DNA of 40,501 nucleotides, from contig JAURGL010000001.1 in NCBI GenBank assembly GCA_030833825.1, forward strand, positions 1-40,501. The letters are read 5' to 3'. This DNA is from Vulcanococcus sp. SFB_649D_100_25 (GTDB taxonomy: Bacteria; Cyanobacteriota; Cyanobacteriia; PCC-6307; Cyanobiaceae). The notes beneath the pieces are model-generated. The model searched no databases, was not told the DNA's origin, and saw only the letters and a list, made by a program, of their open reading frames with translations. Below, piece by piece: positions 19,323-29,322 of this stretch. A program made the translations under genes and the position numbers. Numbering within the stretch: position 1 is the first letter of the stretch; every line of letters starts with the position of its first letter.

Positions 19323-21119
19323 GTGGCGCTCGCGGCTCACACCCACCATCGCAGTGCTGGAACCCAGCGGCAGCCAGCTGTCTTGCTTGGGTTGGTGCTG
19401 TTCTTCGCTTCGGCGATGGTGCTGCGCCTCGGCTGGCTGCAGTTGCTGCAGGGTCAGGAGAACCGTGCCAGGGCTGATGAGAACCGCATCCGTCTGTTGG
19501 CCCGTAACCCGGTGCGCGGCCGCATCCTGGATCGCCACGGTGAGGTGCTGGTTTCCAGTCGCCTGATCTACAGCCTTTATCTGCAACCGAAAGACCTGCC
19601 GTCAGGCAGCTGGCCTGCGTTGCGGCAGCGCCTGAGCAGTTTGTTGAGCCTGCCTGAGCCGCAGCTGGAGCAGCGCAAACGGCAGGGCCCGGGCCGGGGG
19701 GAGTATCGGATTGAGTTGGCCAGCAACCTCTCGCCAGAGCAGGTGTTGCGGTTCCGCGAACAGAGCGGGTCATTGCGCGGAGCCCAGGTGGATCTGGATG
19801 TGGTCCGCAGCTACCCCCATGGATCGCTGGGGGCCCATGCCCTGGGCTACACCCAGCCGATCACCGAGGCGGAGTACAAGTCCCTGGCCAAGCGGGGCTA
19901 CAAGATTCGCGATCGCATTGGGCGGATCGGCGTTGAAGCGGCCTACGAATCCCATCTGAGGGGGAGTTGGGGCGGCCAGATGGTGGAGGTGAATGCGATG
20001 GGTGAGATCCAGCGCATCCTTGGGGATCGCCCCTCGAAGGCGGGTAAGGATCTTGTCCTGACCATCGATCTGCAGTTACAGCGCGCCGCCGAGGACGCCC
20101 TCAAGGACAAGCGGGGCGGAGCGATCATCGCCCTCAATCCCAAGACGGGAGCGATCCTGGCGATGGCCAGTCGCCCCAATTTCGATCCCAACTTCTTCTC
20201 GAAGCTGGTGACCACCCAGGGTGAGTACGACGCCCTGTTCAATTCCCCCTCCAAGCCCCTGCTGAGCCGGGCGATGAATGCCTACGACCCCGGCAGCACC
20301 TGGAAGGCAGTGACGGCCATGGCGGGGATGGAGAGCGGTAAGTTCCCGCCAACCACTCAGTTGAACACCTTCGGCTGTATCCGCTACGGCGGTCACTGCT
20401 TCCCGGATCACAACGGCGCCGGCTTTGGCCGGATTGGCTACGAGGATGCCCTGCGCTTTTCGAGCAACACCTTCTATTACCAGATCGGTGTGGGAACGGG
20501 GTCGATGCCCCTCTACAACGCCGCCGTGAAGCTGGGCTTCACCAAACCCACCGGCATCGAGATCGGCTACGAAGAGAGCCCGGGTTTGGTAGGCAACGAG
20601 CGCTGGGCGGCGCAGGGCCGGGGCTGGGCGAAGCCCGGCATGACCCCTTGGATCCCGGAAGACATGGCGAGCATGTCGATCGGGCAGTCGGTGGTGCAGG
20701 TCACCCCATTGCAGCTGGCTCGTGCCTACGCGGTCTTTGCCAATGGTGGTTATCTGATCACCCCCCACCTCGTGGATCGCGGACTTGATTGGTTGGTTCC
20801 CCCCCGGCGCACAAAGGTGGAGATCAAACCCTCCACCCTGGCCACGATCAGACGGGGTCTGCGCAAGGTGGTGCAGGAGGGCACGGGATATCGGATGAAT
20901 GAGGCCAAGGAGCTCCCGCCGGTTGCCGGCAAGACGGGCACGGCGGAAGACAGCACCGGAGGCTCAGATCACTCCTGGTTTGCCTGTTATGCCCCCTATC
21001 CCAATGGGGAGATCGTTGTGGTGGCCTTTGCCCAGAACACCCCCGGCGGCGGCTCCGTGCATGCCTTGCCCATGGCCCGCAAGGTCCTTCAGGTTTGGGC
21101 GCAGCAGCGCAAGGGTTGA
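19323..21119 (+). CDS. mrdA: Penicillin-binding protein 2 (class B transpeptidase)
   Basis: N-terminal TM, RGRILDR, PGSTWK (SxxK), SSN (SxN), KTGTAE. Confidence 0.95.
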   Translation: MALAAHTHHRSAGTQRQPAVLLGLVLFFASAMVLRLGWLQLLQGQENRARADENRIRLLARNPVRGRILDRHGEVLVSSRLIYSLYLQPKDLPSGSWPALRQRLSSLLSLPEPQLEQRKRQGPGRGEYRIELASNLSPEQVLRFREQSGSLRGAQVDLDVVRSYPHGSLGAHALGYTQPITEAEYKSLAKRGYKIRDRIGRIGVEAAYESHLRGSWGGQMVEVNAMGEIQRILGDRPSKAGKDLVLTIDLQLQRAAEDALKDKRGGAIIALNPKTGAILAMASRPNFDPNFFSKLVTTQGEYDALFNSPSKPLLSRAMNAYDPGSTWKAVTAMAGMESGKFPPTTQLNTFGCIRYGGHCFPDHNGAGFGRIGYEDALRFSSNTFYYQIGVGTGSMPLYNAAVKLGFTKPTGIEIGYEESPGLVGNERWAAQGRGWAKPGMTPWIPEDMASMSIGQSVVQVTPLQLARAYAVFANGGYLITPHLVDRGLDWLVPPRRTKVEIKPSTLATIRRGLRKVVQEGTGYRMNEAKELPPVAGKTGTAEDSTGGSDHSWFACYAPYPNGEIVVVAFAQNTPGGGSVHALPMARKVLQVWAQQRKG

Positions 21120-22271
21120 TCAGCTCTTCAGGGCCGGTTGCCGGTTCTCGCTGAGCACCTGCCGGTAGTAACCGCGCAGCTGTTCGGTGGCGCCTGCCCA
21201 TCCCCAGCGCTCGGCTTCCTCGCGGGCATTGCGCCGCAATTGTTCCCGCTGGCTGGGATCCCCCAGCAAGCGTTGGGCAGCAGCGGTGAGACTGCCGGCA
21301 CCGCCGTCGGCCCCATCGGGTTCGTAGAGGCAGCCGTTGATCCCATCGCTCACGATGTCAGGGATGCCGCCTCGGTTAGCCCCCACCACCGGGCAGCCGG
21401 CCGCCATCGCTTCCAGGAGCACGAGTCCGAGGGTTTCGGTGCTGCTTGGGAAGAGGAAGGCATCGGCGCTGGCGTAGGCGCTGGCCAGTTCTTCGCCGGC
21501 CAGATAGCCCACGAAGGTGGCGGCGCTGCCGGCAAAGAGGGTTTCCAGCTGCTGGCGATAGGGCCCATCGCCCACGAGGGCCAGGCGTGCGTCAGGCATG
21601 GCATCGAGCACCGGGCGGATGCGTTCGATCTGTTTCTCAGCGGAGAGTCGCCCGATGTAGAGCAGCAGCTGACCGGTGTCGCTGCGCCCCCCGAGGAGCC
21701 GCTGCCGCATGGCATCGCTGCGCAGCTCCGGGCGGAACAGATCGGTGTCGACGCCCCGTTGCCAGAGAGCGGTGTTCTGGATGCCCTTCTCACTGAGCTC
21801 GGCCACCATCGCGGTGGAGGTGCAGAGGTTGAGCTGGGCCTGATTGTGAGCTGCCTTGAGCAGTTCCCAGAGCACGGGTTCGAGCATCCCAAGCCCGTAA
21901 TGCTCCAGGTATTTGGGTAGGTGGGTGTGGTAGCTGGCCACCAGGGGATACCCCTTGGTCTTGGCGATCCAGATCCCGCCGAGCCCCAGCACCGCCGGAT
22001 TCACCACATGCACCAGATCCGGATCGAAGGCATCCAGCGCTTCCGAGACGGAGGGCCGCGGCAGGGCCAGCTTCAGTTCGGGATACAGCGGTAGGGGCAT
22101 GGCCGGCACGCCCACCACCCGTGCCCCCATGTAGGTCTCGGGGGCCCCTTCGGGGCAGAAGATCAGCACCTCATCGCCGGCAAGCACCAGCTGCTCAACC
22201 GTTTTAGTGAGCCTGGTGACAATGCCGTCGACCTTGGGGAGAAAGGTCTCGGTGAACAGCGCGATCTTCAA
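21120..22271 (-). CDS. sqdX: Sulfoquinovosyldiacylglycerol synthase (GT4)
   Basis: KIALFTETFLPKVDGIVTRL, SYHTHLP, GRLSAEK, ETLGLVLLEAMA; directly downstream of sqdB. Confidence 0.93.
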   Translation of the reverse strand: MKIALFTETFLPKVDGIVTRLTKTVEQLVLAGDEVLIFCPEGAPETYMGARVVGVPAMPLPLYPELKLALPRPSVSEALDAFDPDLVHVVNPAVLGLGGIWIAKTKGYPLVASYHTHLPKYLEHYGLGMLEPVLWELLKAAHNQAQLNLCTSTAMVAELSEKGIQNTALWQRGVDTDLFRPELRSDAMRQRLLGGRSDTGQLLLYIGRLSAEKQIERIRPVLDAMPDARLALVGDGPYRQQLETLFAGSAATFVGYLAGEELASAYASADAFLFPSSTETLGLVLLEAMAAGCPVVGANRGGIPDIVSDGINGCLYEPDGADGGAGSLTAAAQRLLGDPSQREQLRRNAREEAERWGWAGATEQLRGYYRQVLSENRQPALKS

Positions 22272-22276
22272 GGGGA

Positions 22277-23470
22277 TCAGGCGGTTTTGATGGCCTTGGC
22301 CTGGGTTTTGGTCCAGGCGGAGGTGCAGAGGATGCGGTTGCGATCGCAGCGATCGGCGTAGCGGGTGGCGATCTCCACCACTTCCTTGAGCAGGCCGTCG
22401 TCGAGGGTGGTGGGGTTGAGGCCCAGCTCGATGAAGCAGCGGTTATCGACGATCAGGTCGTTTTCCACGGCCTCATTGCGCGGGTTGGGCAGGTTGTTCA
22501 CCTGGGCCCCGGTTAGGGCGGCCACCTTCTTGGCCAGTTCACCCACCTGATGGCTTTCGGTCATCTGGTTGAAGATCTTTACCCGCTCGCCCTTCTCTGG
22601 AGGGTTCTCCAGGGCCAGCTGCACGCACTTCACTGAGTCACGGATGTGAATGAAGGCGCGGGTTTGGCCGCCGGTGCCGTGCACCGTGAGCGGGTAGCCG
22701 ATGGCCGCCTGCATCAGGAAGCGGTTCAGCACCGTGCCGTAGTCGCCGTCGTAGTCGAAGCGGTTGGTGAGCCGCGGGTCGCGATCGGTGGCGTCGGTGT
22801 TGGTGCCCCAGACGATCCCCTGGTGCAGGTCGGTGATGCGGACCTGGTCGTTCTTGTTGTAGTAGAGGAAGAGCAGCTGATCGAGCGTCTTGGTCATGTG
22901 GTAGACGCTCCCCGGGCTCGCCGGGTGCAGGATCTCCTCCTCAAAACGGCTGCCATCGGGCTGAGGCACCTCCACCTTCAGGTACCCCTCAGGGATGGTG
23001 GCGCCGCGGTGGGAGCCATAGCCGTAGACCCCCATGGTGCCGAGGTGCACCACATGGATGTCGAGCCCGCTCTCCACGATCGCGGCCAGCAGGTTATGGG
23101 TCCCGTTGACGTTGTTATCAACGGTGTAGCGCTTGGTGGCGCTGCTCTTCATCGAATAGGGAGCAGCTCGCTGTTCGGCAAAATGCACCACCGAGTCGGG
23201 CTTTTCTTCGATCAGCAGATCGAGGAGGCGCTGATATTCGTGGGCGATGTCCATGTGCACGAAGCGCATGGGTTTCCCACCGGTCTCCTCCCATGCCTTC
23301 AGCCGATCAGGCATGGTGGCGATCGGCGTCAAGGAATCCACGGCCAGATCGATGTCGATCTTGCGGCGGCTCAGGTTGTCCACGATCAGGACGTCATGCC
23401 CCTGATCGGCCAGGTTCACGGCGCAGGGCCAGCCGCAGAAGCCGTCACCGCCGAGAACGAAAACCTTCAC
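22277..23470 (-). CDS. sqdB: UDP-sulfoquinovose synthase
   Basis: GGDGFCGWP, HFAEQRAAPYS, HLGTMGVYG, YHMTK, TDLHQGIVWG. Confidence 0.97.
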   Translation of the reverse strand: MKVFVLGGDGFCGWPCAVNLADQGHDVLIVDNLSRRKIDIDLAVDSLTPIATMPDRLKAWEETGGKPMRFVHMDIAHEYQRLLDLLIEEKPDSVVHFAEQRAAPYSMKSSATKRYTVDNNVNGTHNLLAAIVESGLDIHVVHLGTMGVYGYGSHRGATIPEGYLKVEVPQPDGSRFEEEILHPASPGSVYHMTKTLDQLLFLYYNKNDQVRITDLHQGIVWGTNTDATDRDPRLTNRFDYDGDYGTVLNRFLMQAAIGYPLTVHGTGGQTRAFIHIRDSVKCVQLALENPPEKGERVKIFNQMTESHQVGELAKKVAALTGAQVNNLPNPRNEAVENDLIVDNRCFIELGLNPTTLDDGLLKEVVEIATRYADRCDRNRILCTSAWTKTQAKAIKTA

Positions 23471-23526
23471 CGCTGGACTCCTGCAGTACGAGCAATTGCT
23501 CCGTCAGGGCAAGCTACTACAGGGAT

Positions 23527-23694
23527 TCAGCTGATTCCCACGGCGACGGCCAGCATCAGCAGAACCAGGACTGCGCCACCGATGAAGAGCACCTTGCTGG
23601 TGCCACCACGGGCTTCACTGCCGTCCATCACCTCCATGCGCGGCTCTTTGGCGAAGGCATTCAGCCTGCCGCCGTCCTCTTCGGTGACCTGCAT
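23527..23694 (-). CDS. psb34: Photosystem II assembly factor Psb34 (Ssl1498-like), 55 aa
   Basis: Manual translation MQVTEEDGGRLNAFAKEPRMEVMDGSEARGGTSKVLFIGGAVLVLLMLAVAVGIS; GRLNxFAxEP motif plus a single C-terminal TM helix; below the ORF-track cutoff. Confidence 0.85.
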   Translation of the reverse strand: MQVTEEDGGRLNAFAKEPRMEVMDGSEARGGTSKVLFIGGAVLVLLMLAVAVGIS

Positions 23695-23763
23695 GACCTG
23701 GGGGTGTGGTTGAGGCGACAGTACGGAGACTCAACCCATTTCAGTTTCACCTGTGCGGAACCG

Positions 23764-24594
23764 TTATGTGCCGACGCGTCCGAGCGTTGGGGAGCTGGGG
23801 TTGGCCTCGGCGCGGATCGGCAGGCGTCCGGCATGGAAGGCGGTGCGCCCGGCCTCACAGGCCATGGCCATGGCTTTGGCCATGGCGGCGGGGTTGCCAG
23901 CCAGGGCGATGGCACTGTTGATCAGGAGGGCATCGGCCCCCATCTCCATGGCCTGGGCAGCCTCGCTCGGTACCCCGAGGCCTGCATCCACAACCACTGG
24001 AACGCGTGCGTTTTCAATGATCAAGGCGATGTTGGCGGCATTGCGAATCCCCTGCCCTGAGCCAATTGGTGAGCCCAGGGGCATCACCGTGGCGCAGCCG
24101 GCCTCCTCAAGCCGCTGAGCCAGGAGCGGGTCTGCATTGATGTAGGGCAGCACGGTGAACCCCTCCTTCACCAGCTGTTCGGCTGCCTCAAGGGTGCCGA
24201 TCGGATCGGGCAGCAGATGCTTGGAGTCCGGGATCACCTCGAGCTTGACGAAGTTGTTGTCTTCCTGTCCGGCCAATTTCGCCAGTTCGCGTCCCAGCCG
24301 GGCCACCCGGATCGCTTCTTCAGCCGTGGCACAGCCGGCGGTGTTGGGCAGCATCCAGATCCGCCCCCAGTCGATCGCCTCCATCAGGCCTTCATGTCCG
24401 GCGGCCTGGGACTGCACCCGCCGAACCGCCACCGTGACGATCTCGCAGGAACTGGCCTCAAGGCTGGCCTGCATGGCCTGCAGGCTCGGGTATTTGCCGG
24501 TGCCTGTCATCAGACGGCTGCGGAAGCTCCGCCCGCCGATCACCAGGGCATCATCCTGCTGAGCTGCTGCAGACACGGCAGAGACACGGGTCAT
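23764..24594 (-). CDS. thiG: Thiazole synthase
   Basis: [48 protein letters not shown]; ATG 24594 chosen. Confidence 0.96.
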   Translation of the reverse strand: MTRVSAVSAAAQQDDALVIGGRSFRSRLMTGTGKYPSLQAMQASLEASSCEIVTVAVRRVQSQAAGHEGLMEAIDWGRIWMLPNTAGCATAEEAIRVARLGRELAKLAGQEDNNFVKLEVIPDSKHLLPDPIGTLEAAEQLVKEGFTVLPYINADPLLAQRLEEAGCATVMPLGSPIGSGQGIRNAANIALIIENARVPVVVDAGLGVPSEAAQAMEMGADALLINSAIALAGNPAAMAKAMAMACEAGRTAFHAGRLPIRAEANPSSPTLGRVGT

Positions 24595-24666
24595 GCAGCG
24601 ACCGTACAGCGCAGCCCTGTCGCCGCGCGGCAGCCTCCTTAGGCTGGTGCGACCTGCTCCGTTGAC

Positions 24667-25167
24667 GTGATTCCTCTGCTGGCCGCGATTCCCTTGACCA
24701 CCGTCAACGTTGCGGCGGCGCGGCCCACTCCTCTGCAGGAGAACTTTGGGATGGCCGCCAATGTGCAGCAGTTCGATCCCGTCGCTAGGGCCAGTGAGCT
24801 CGCCAGGGATCTGCCTCGGCGTTGGAGCGGTAGCTACCAGCCTTTTGGGCCCGGATCGTCTGCACCGGTGACCCTCCAGCTCGCCTCGGTGACGGCCCTC
24901 GGCCAGATGGTGGATGTGCGCGGCGAGATGACCCTGGGGACCACGACGATTCCTGTCCAGGGCAATCTCAACGCCCAATCGGATCAGCTGGATCTACTAC
25001 TGCTGGGCGATTACAGCGCCTCGGATCTCCAGGGCGGTGGCGACTTCCTGGGATTGCAGGGATTCAGCCTTTCCGGTTGGGTGGCCCCGCGGCTGACCAA
25101 CCCCGGCGGACAGCTGGTGCTCAATCCCGTGGGTGAGGGAGCTCCGGCCATCCGTGGCCTCTGGTAA
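24667..25167 (+). CDS. Conserved hypothetical protein
   Basis: [10 protein letters not shown]...[18 protein letters not shown]...GGDFLGLQG...IRGLW; gene-like codon usage. Confidence 0.8.
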   Translation: MIPLLAAIPLTTVNVAAARPTPLQENFGMAANVQQFDPVARASELARDLPRRWSGSYQPFGPGSSAPVTLQLASVTALGQMVDVRGEMTLGTTTIPVQGNLNAQSDQLDLLLLGDYSASDLQGGGDFLGLQGFSLSGWVAPRLTNPGGQLVLNPVGEGAPAIRGLW

Positions 25168-25175
25168 GGCTGGTC

Positions 25176-25697
25176 TTAGGCGGCGGTGCGCTCCAGGCGC
25201 TTCAGCCGCCGCTTGGCGGTTCGGTTGGCTGAGTCCAGCTCGAGCACTTTTTGGTAGGTCTCCTTGGCTTCGTCGCTCTTCTGCTGCTTCTCGAGGGCGA
25301 AGGCCAGATTGTTCAGGGCTACGGGGTAGTCCGCTTTCGCCCGCAGAGCGGCGCGGTAGTGCTTGATGGCGGCGTTGTAGTTGTTTTGGGCAGCCAGGGC
25401 AAAGCCCAGGGCGTTCTCGATCAGGGCCTGGGCTTCTGCAGGTTCGGCGCTGGCCTTTTTGGCTGCCAGCTTGAGGTTTTCGGTTGCCTGGCCATACAGA
25501 CGCTTGCGGAGCTGAACCGAGGCGAGTTCGTAGAGGTCGCCTGCCGATTTGTCGCTGATCTTGGTCTGGGCCTCCAGGCGGGCCAGGGCCACTTCATCGC
25601 CGCGGACCCTCAGGATCTGCCGGGCCACCAGAACGGCGGCGCTACCGAGCAACAGCAAAAGCCCAACCAGGTAGGCCTGAGGGAGTGAAACATCCAT
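25176..25697 (-). CDS. ycf37: TPR protein, Ycf37-like photosystem I assembly factor
   Basis: N-terminal TM; LYELASVQLRKRLY, ENALGFALAAQ, YPVALNNLAFA TPR repeats; located after rplT. Confidence 0.8.
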   Translation of the reverse strand: MDVSLPQAYLVGLLLLLGSAAVLVARQILRVRGDEVALARLEAQTKISDKSAGDLYELASVQLRKRLYGQATENLKLAAKKASAEPAEAQALIENALGFALAAQNNYNAAIKHYRAALRAKADYPVALNNLAFALEKQQKSDEAKETYQKVLELDSANRTAKRRLKRLERTAA

Positions 25698-25739
25698 GGA
25701 CCGACCGGTTGGGCTCTGTTGTGGGGTTGTGGAGCGGAC

Positions 25740-26087
25740 TCAGCTCTTGGCGGCACCCACCACAGCGGTGAAGCTGCCGGGATCCACGACGGCCAGTTGG
25801 GCCAGCATCTTGCGGTTCAGCTGCACATCAGCCTTCTTCAGGCCACCAATCAGACGGCTGTAGCTGAGGCCGTTCAGGCGAGCTGCAGCGTTGATGCGGG
25901 CAATCCAGAGACGACGGAAGTCGCGCTTGCGGCGGCGGCGATCGCGGTAGGCATTGCAGAGGGCCTTCATCACCCGCTGGTTGGCGGTGCGGAACAGCGA
26001 ACCGTTGCCGCCGCGGAAGCCACGGGCAAGGCGAAGAATTTTGTTGCGGCGCTTACGGGCGACGTTGCCCCTCTTAACGCGTGCCAT
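25740..26087 (-). CDS. rplT: 50S ribosomal protein L20
   Basis: [40 protein letters not shown]. Confidence 0.99.
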   Translation of the reverse strand: MARVKRGNVARKRRNKILRLARGFRGGNGSLFRTANQRVMKALCNAYRDRRRRKRDFRRLWIARINAAARLNGLSYSRLIGGLKKADVQLNRKMLAQLAVVDPGSFTAVVGAAKS

Positions 26088-26132
26088 CGATGGTTCTCAA
26101 AAAACGGTGAAACAGCGGGTCAGCCGGGCGAT

Positions 26133-26330
26133 TCAGCTGTAGGGGAGCATGGCGCGCACGTTGTCCGCGTCGCGCTCGTCAACCACGGCCATGGTGCCGA
26201 GGAAACGCTTGCGCTTCGGGCTCTTGTGGTCGAGCAGGTGATTGCGGAAAGCGTGCCGGCGCATGAACTTTCCGCTGCCGGTGGCTTTGAACCGCTTGGC
26301 GGCTGCTTTGCGGGTCTTGAGCTTCGGCAT
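26133..26330 (-). CDS. rpmI: 50S ribosomal protein L35
   Basis: [21 protein letters not shown]. Confidence 0.99.
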   Translation of the reverse strand: MPKLKTRKAAAKRFKATGSGKFMRRHAFRNHLLDHKSPKRKRFLGTMAVVDERDADNVRAMLPYS

Positions 26331-26400
26331 TGTCTACACGCTCGTGCACAAACAATGAGGGTACGACCTCAGAGTGCCTTCCGCCAACTCCCCCTAGGGT

Positions 26401-27939
26401 TTGGACCGTGCGCGCACTTGGCCGTTGGGAACGCTTCGCCCTCTGACCGCCTTGCTCGCCCTGGCGCTGCTTTTGCCCGGTTGTCAGGGGGCAGGAGCTC
26501 AGGTCCTGACCCATCTGAGTGTCCCGGCCCCTCCTCCGGTGGATGGTCGGCAAACCCGGCTCTGGGTCGCCCTCGCGGCACGCTTAGGTGATGCCTCCCT
26601 CACGCTTCAGGGTGATCAGGCGCCCCTGAGCTTGCGGGATGGTGCGGGACGGCAGATCAAGGGACAGCGTCTGAGCTTCCGTTGGCGGCTCCAAACCCGC
26701 CCCCAGCCCCTGGCGATCCGTCGCTCAGTGCTGGGCCCCTTTTCCAGTTTCGAAACCGCTGAGCAGGCGGCCCTGGCTTGGCGCCGGCAGGGGGTCGAGG
26801 CGATCGTGGCCCATCCTTCCGACTGGGAGGTCTGGGCCCCTGCCAACTCCGAGGCGCCGGCGGGTTTCAGCGCACGCTTGGAGCAGACGTCGTCCACACA
26901 GGAGCGACGGCTCCAGGTCAGCACTCCTTCCGGTTGGATCGATCTGGCGGAGCCCGTCACCGTGGAGGCACCTGGTGGTCTCCGCTGGGATGGCGGGGTC
27001 TTTGCGGGCCCTTTCCGCCTGCAGAGCGATGCCTACGGCAGTTGGACCCTGGTGGAGCAGGTGCCCTTGGAGCGTTACCTGCTGGGGGTGGTGCCCCATG
27101 AGATTGGGGCTGGTTCACCGCCAGCTGCCCTGGCGGCGCAGGCGGTGCTGGCGCGGACGTGGGCTCTTGGTAACCAGCACCGCTTTGCGGTGGATGGCTA
27201 TCACCTCTGCGCAGATACCCAGTGCCAGGTGTACAGCGATCCGAGGCAGGCCGGAGCAGCGGTTCGCCAGGCGATCGCTTCCACCACCGCGCAGGTTCTG
27301 GCCTGGAACAACAAGCCCATCCACGCGGTTTATCACGCCAGCAATGGCGGAGTCAGTGCGGATGAGGATGAAGCCTGGCGCTTGCCTGAGCTCTCCTATC
27401 TCGAGCCCCAACTCGATCGGCCGGGGGGTCGTGCTCCGGGCTTGTCGCTGCCGCTGGATCAACAGCAGGAGATCGAGACCCTTCTGGCCCAGGGGGGAGC
27501 CTACGGATCAGCCCATCCCTACTTCCGTTGGCAGCGGGTCCTTGGGCAGGAGCCTTTCAGACGCGCTCTTGGCGCCAGAGCCTCCGCCATCGGCAGCCCG
27601 ATTCAACCGGTGGTGCTGGAGCGCGGGCCCAGTGGACGTGTGGTTCGACTCGCTTTGCGGGGGCCAGGGGGACAGATGGTCTTGGAACGGGATGCCATCC
27701 GCCGATCGCTGCGGCAGCTCCCCAGCACGTTGTTTGTGATCGATCCCATGGCTGAGGGGCGTTGGCGCTTCCGCGGTGGCGGTTTCGGACACGGAGCGGG
27801 CCTTTCCCAGGCCGGGGCCATCGACCTCGCTGGCCGGGGTTGGACCGTTGATCAGATCCTTCGTCACTACTACCCAGGAGCCCAGTTGCTGCCGTTGGAT
27901 CGGCTGCCGGCGGCAGAGGGCTCCGGGGGAGGCTCTTAA
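26401..27939 (+). CDS. SpoIID/LytB domain protein (peptidoglycan lytic transglycosylase-like)
   Basis: LERYLLGVVPHE, ALAAQAVLART, LCADTQCQVY, GGGFGHGAGLSQAGA, ILRHYYPG; signal/lipobox-like N-terminus. Confidence 0.92.
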   Translation: MDRARTWPLGTLRPLTALLALALLLPGCQGAGAQVLTHLSVPAPPPVDGRQTRLWVALAARLGDASLTLQGDQAPLSLRDGAGRQIKGQRLSFRWRLQTRPQPLAIRRSVLGPFSSFETAEQAALAWRRQGVEAIVAHPSDWEVWAPANSEAPAGFSARLEQTSSTQERRLQVSTPSGWIDLAEPVTVEAPGGLRWDGGVFAGPFRLQSDAYGSWTLVEQVPLERYLLGVVPHEIGAGSPPAALAAQAVLARTWALGNQHRFAVDGYHLCADTQCQVYSDPRQAGAAVRQAIASTTAQVLAWNNKPIHAVYHASNGGVSADEDEAWRLPELSYLEPQLDRPGGRAPGLSLPLDQQQEIETLLAQGGAYGSAHPYFRWQRVLGQEPFRRALGARASAIGSPIQPVVLERGPSGRVVRLALRGPGGQMVLERDAIRRSLRQLPSTLFVIDPMAEGRWRFRGGGFGHGAGLSQAGAIDLAGRGWTVDQILRHYYPGAQLLPLDRLPAAEGSGGGS

Positions 27940-27963
27940 AGTCAGCCGATCCTTGGAATTGCC

Positions 27964-29322
27964 ATGGCAGGCGGGGGCACAGCTTCAGGAGCCCGCCGTT
28001 TGCCGGCCTCACTGTTTCTGATCGGCTGTGTCGCGGCCGGTGCGGGCCCCCATGCCCTGCCGCAGCAGCAGGCTCTGTGGCCTGCGATTGGCCTGACTGT
28101 CCTGCTCGGCCTCTACGCGGTCCGCACGGTGTTTCTGCCTGTTTTGCAGGGCCGTGCCGGTGCCAAGACAGACATCCCTGCCCTCAGTGATTGGCCCGCT
28201 GTTGATCTGGTGGTCGCGGCCCGCGATGAGGAGGCGGTGATCGGTCGCCTGGTGGAGCGCCTGGCGGCCCTCCGCTATCCCAGCTCGCTGCTGCGCATTT
28301 GGATCGTCGATGACGGCAGCGATGACCGCACTCCCGAGGTCCTGGCGGCCTATCAGCAGCGCTACCCCCAGCTTCAGGTCCTGCGCCGACCCCGCGATGC
28401 GGGGGGCGGTAAGTCCGGGGCTCTCAATGCCGTCTTGCCCCAGTTGCAGGGCCGCTGGTTGCTCGTTCTCGATGCTGATGCCCAACTGCAGCCCGATCTG
28501 CTGGAGCGCCTGGTGAGCTACGCGGAGCAAGGCGGTTGGTCTGCGGTGCAGTTGCGGAAGGCGGTGGTCAACCCTGATCTCAACGTCCTGACCAAGGCTC
28601 AGGCGATGGAGATGGCCCTTGATGCGGTGATCCAGCAGGGACGCCTGCTCTCGGGCGGCGTTGTGGAACTGCGGGGCAACGGCCAGCTGCTGCAGCGCGA
28701 AGCCGTGCTGTCCTGCGAGGGGTTCAATGAGGAGACCGTCACGGACGACCTCGATCTGAGCTTCCGCCTGTTGGTGCAGCACCAACCCGTGGCGCTCTTC
28801 TGGGATCCCCCGGTTCAGGAGGAGGCCGTGACGGCCTGGTCTGCGCTCTGGAGACAGCGTCAGCGCTGGGCGGAAGGCGGGTTGCAGCGGTTCTTTGACT
28901 ACTGGCCCCAGCTCAGTGGTTCGGCTCTCTCTGCTGCCCAGAAGCTTGATCTGGCCAGCTTCTTCCTGCTCCAGTACGCCCTGCCGGTCCTGGCGATCGC
29001 GGACCTGCTCACCGCGCTGCTCACGGGTACGGCTCCCTTGAGCTGGCCCCTGTCCTTCGTGGCCTTTGGCCTTTCCGGTGGAGCAATCCTGGTGGGTTGC
29101 CTGCGCAGCAGCGAGGGCCCAGACCTGCCTGCCATGGGTCCCTTCAACCTCGCCCTCGGCATCGCTTACCTCGGCCACTGGTTTGTGGTGATCCCCTACA
29201 CCACCCTGCGCATGGCCCTCCTCCCCAAACGGTTGGTGTGGGCCAAAACCCTGCATGTGGGCGGTGACCACGGGGAGCTCACCAGCGAGGCCTCCCTCGA
29301 GCCCAAGGCCCTGGAGCTTTAA
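27964..29322 (+). CDS. mgdA: GT2 glycosyltransferase, probable monoglucosyldiacylglycerol synthase
   Basis: DDGSDD, GGKSGALN, DAD, ELRGNGQ, TDDLDL, QRQRWAEGG processive GT2 motifs with flanking TMs; the MgdA assignment is from recalled similarity. Confidence 0.75.
   Translation: MAGGGTASGARRLPASLFLIGCVAAGAGPHALPQQQALWPAIGLTVLLGLYAVRTVFLPVLQGRAGAKTDIPALSDWPAVDLVVAARDEEAVIGRLVERLAALRYPSSLLRIWIVDDGSDDRTPEVLAAYQQRYPQLQVLRRPRDAGGGKSGALNAVLPQLQGRWLLVLDADAQLQPDLLERLVSYAEQGGWSAVQLRKAVVNPDLNVLTKAQAMEMALDAVIQQGRLLSGGVVELRGNGQLLQREAVLSCEGFNEETVTDDLDLSFRLLVQHQPVALFWDPPVQEEAVTAWSALWRQRQRWAEGGLQRFFDYWPQLSGSALSAAQKLDLASFFLLQYALPVLAIADLLTALLTGTAPLSWPLSFVAFGLSGGAILVGCLRSSEGPDLPAMGPFNLALGIAYLGHWFVVIPYTTLRMALLPKRLVWAKTLHVGGDHGELTSEASLEPKALEL

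Noticed and set aside
23764-24666. TPP riboswitch for thiG (or thiL)
   Set aside because: No CTGAGA...CCTGA-type core upstream; the thiG upstream gap is only about 70 bp and thiL is translationally coupled to the cyclophilin gene
24595-24978. N-terminal extensions in the ORF track (thiG to 24978; also efp, cbiD, the aminotransferase and the cyclophilin)
   Set aside because: Extensions overlap neighbouring genes or promoters and lack family motifs; downstream ATGs match the family N-termini
26331-26400. L20 autoregulatory leader upstream of rpmI
   Set aside because: Only a short, G-U-rich weak hairpin is possible; insufficient support
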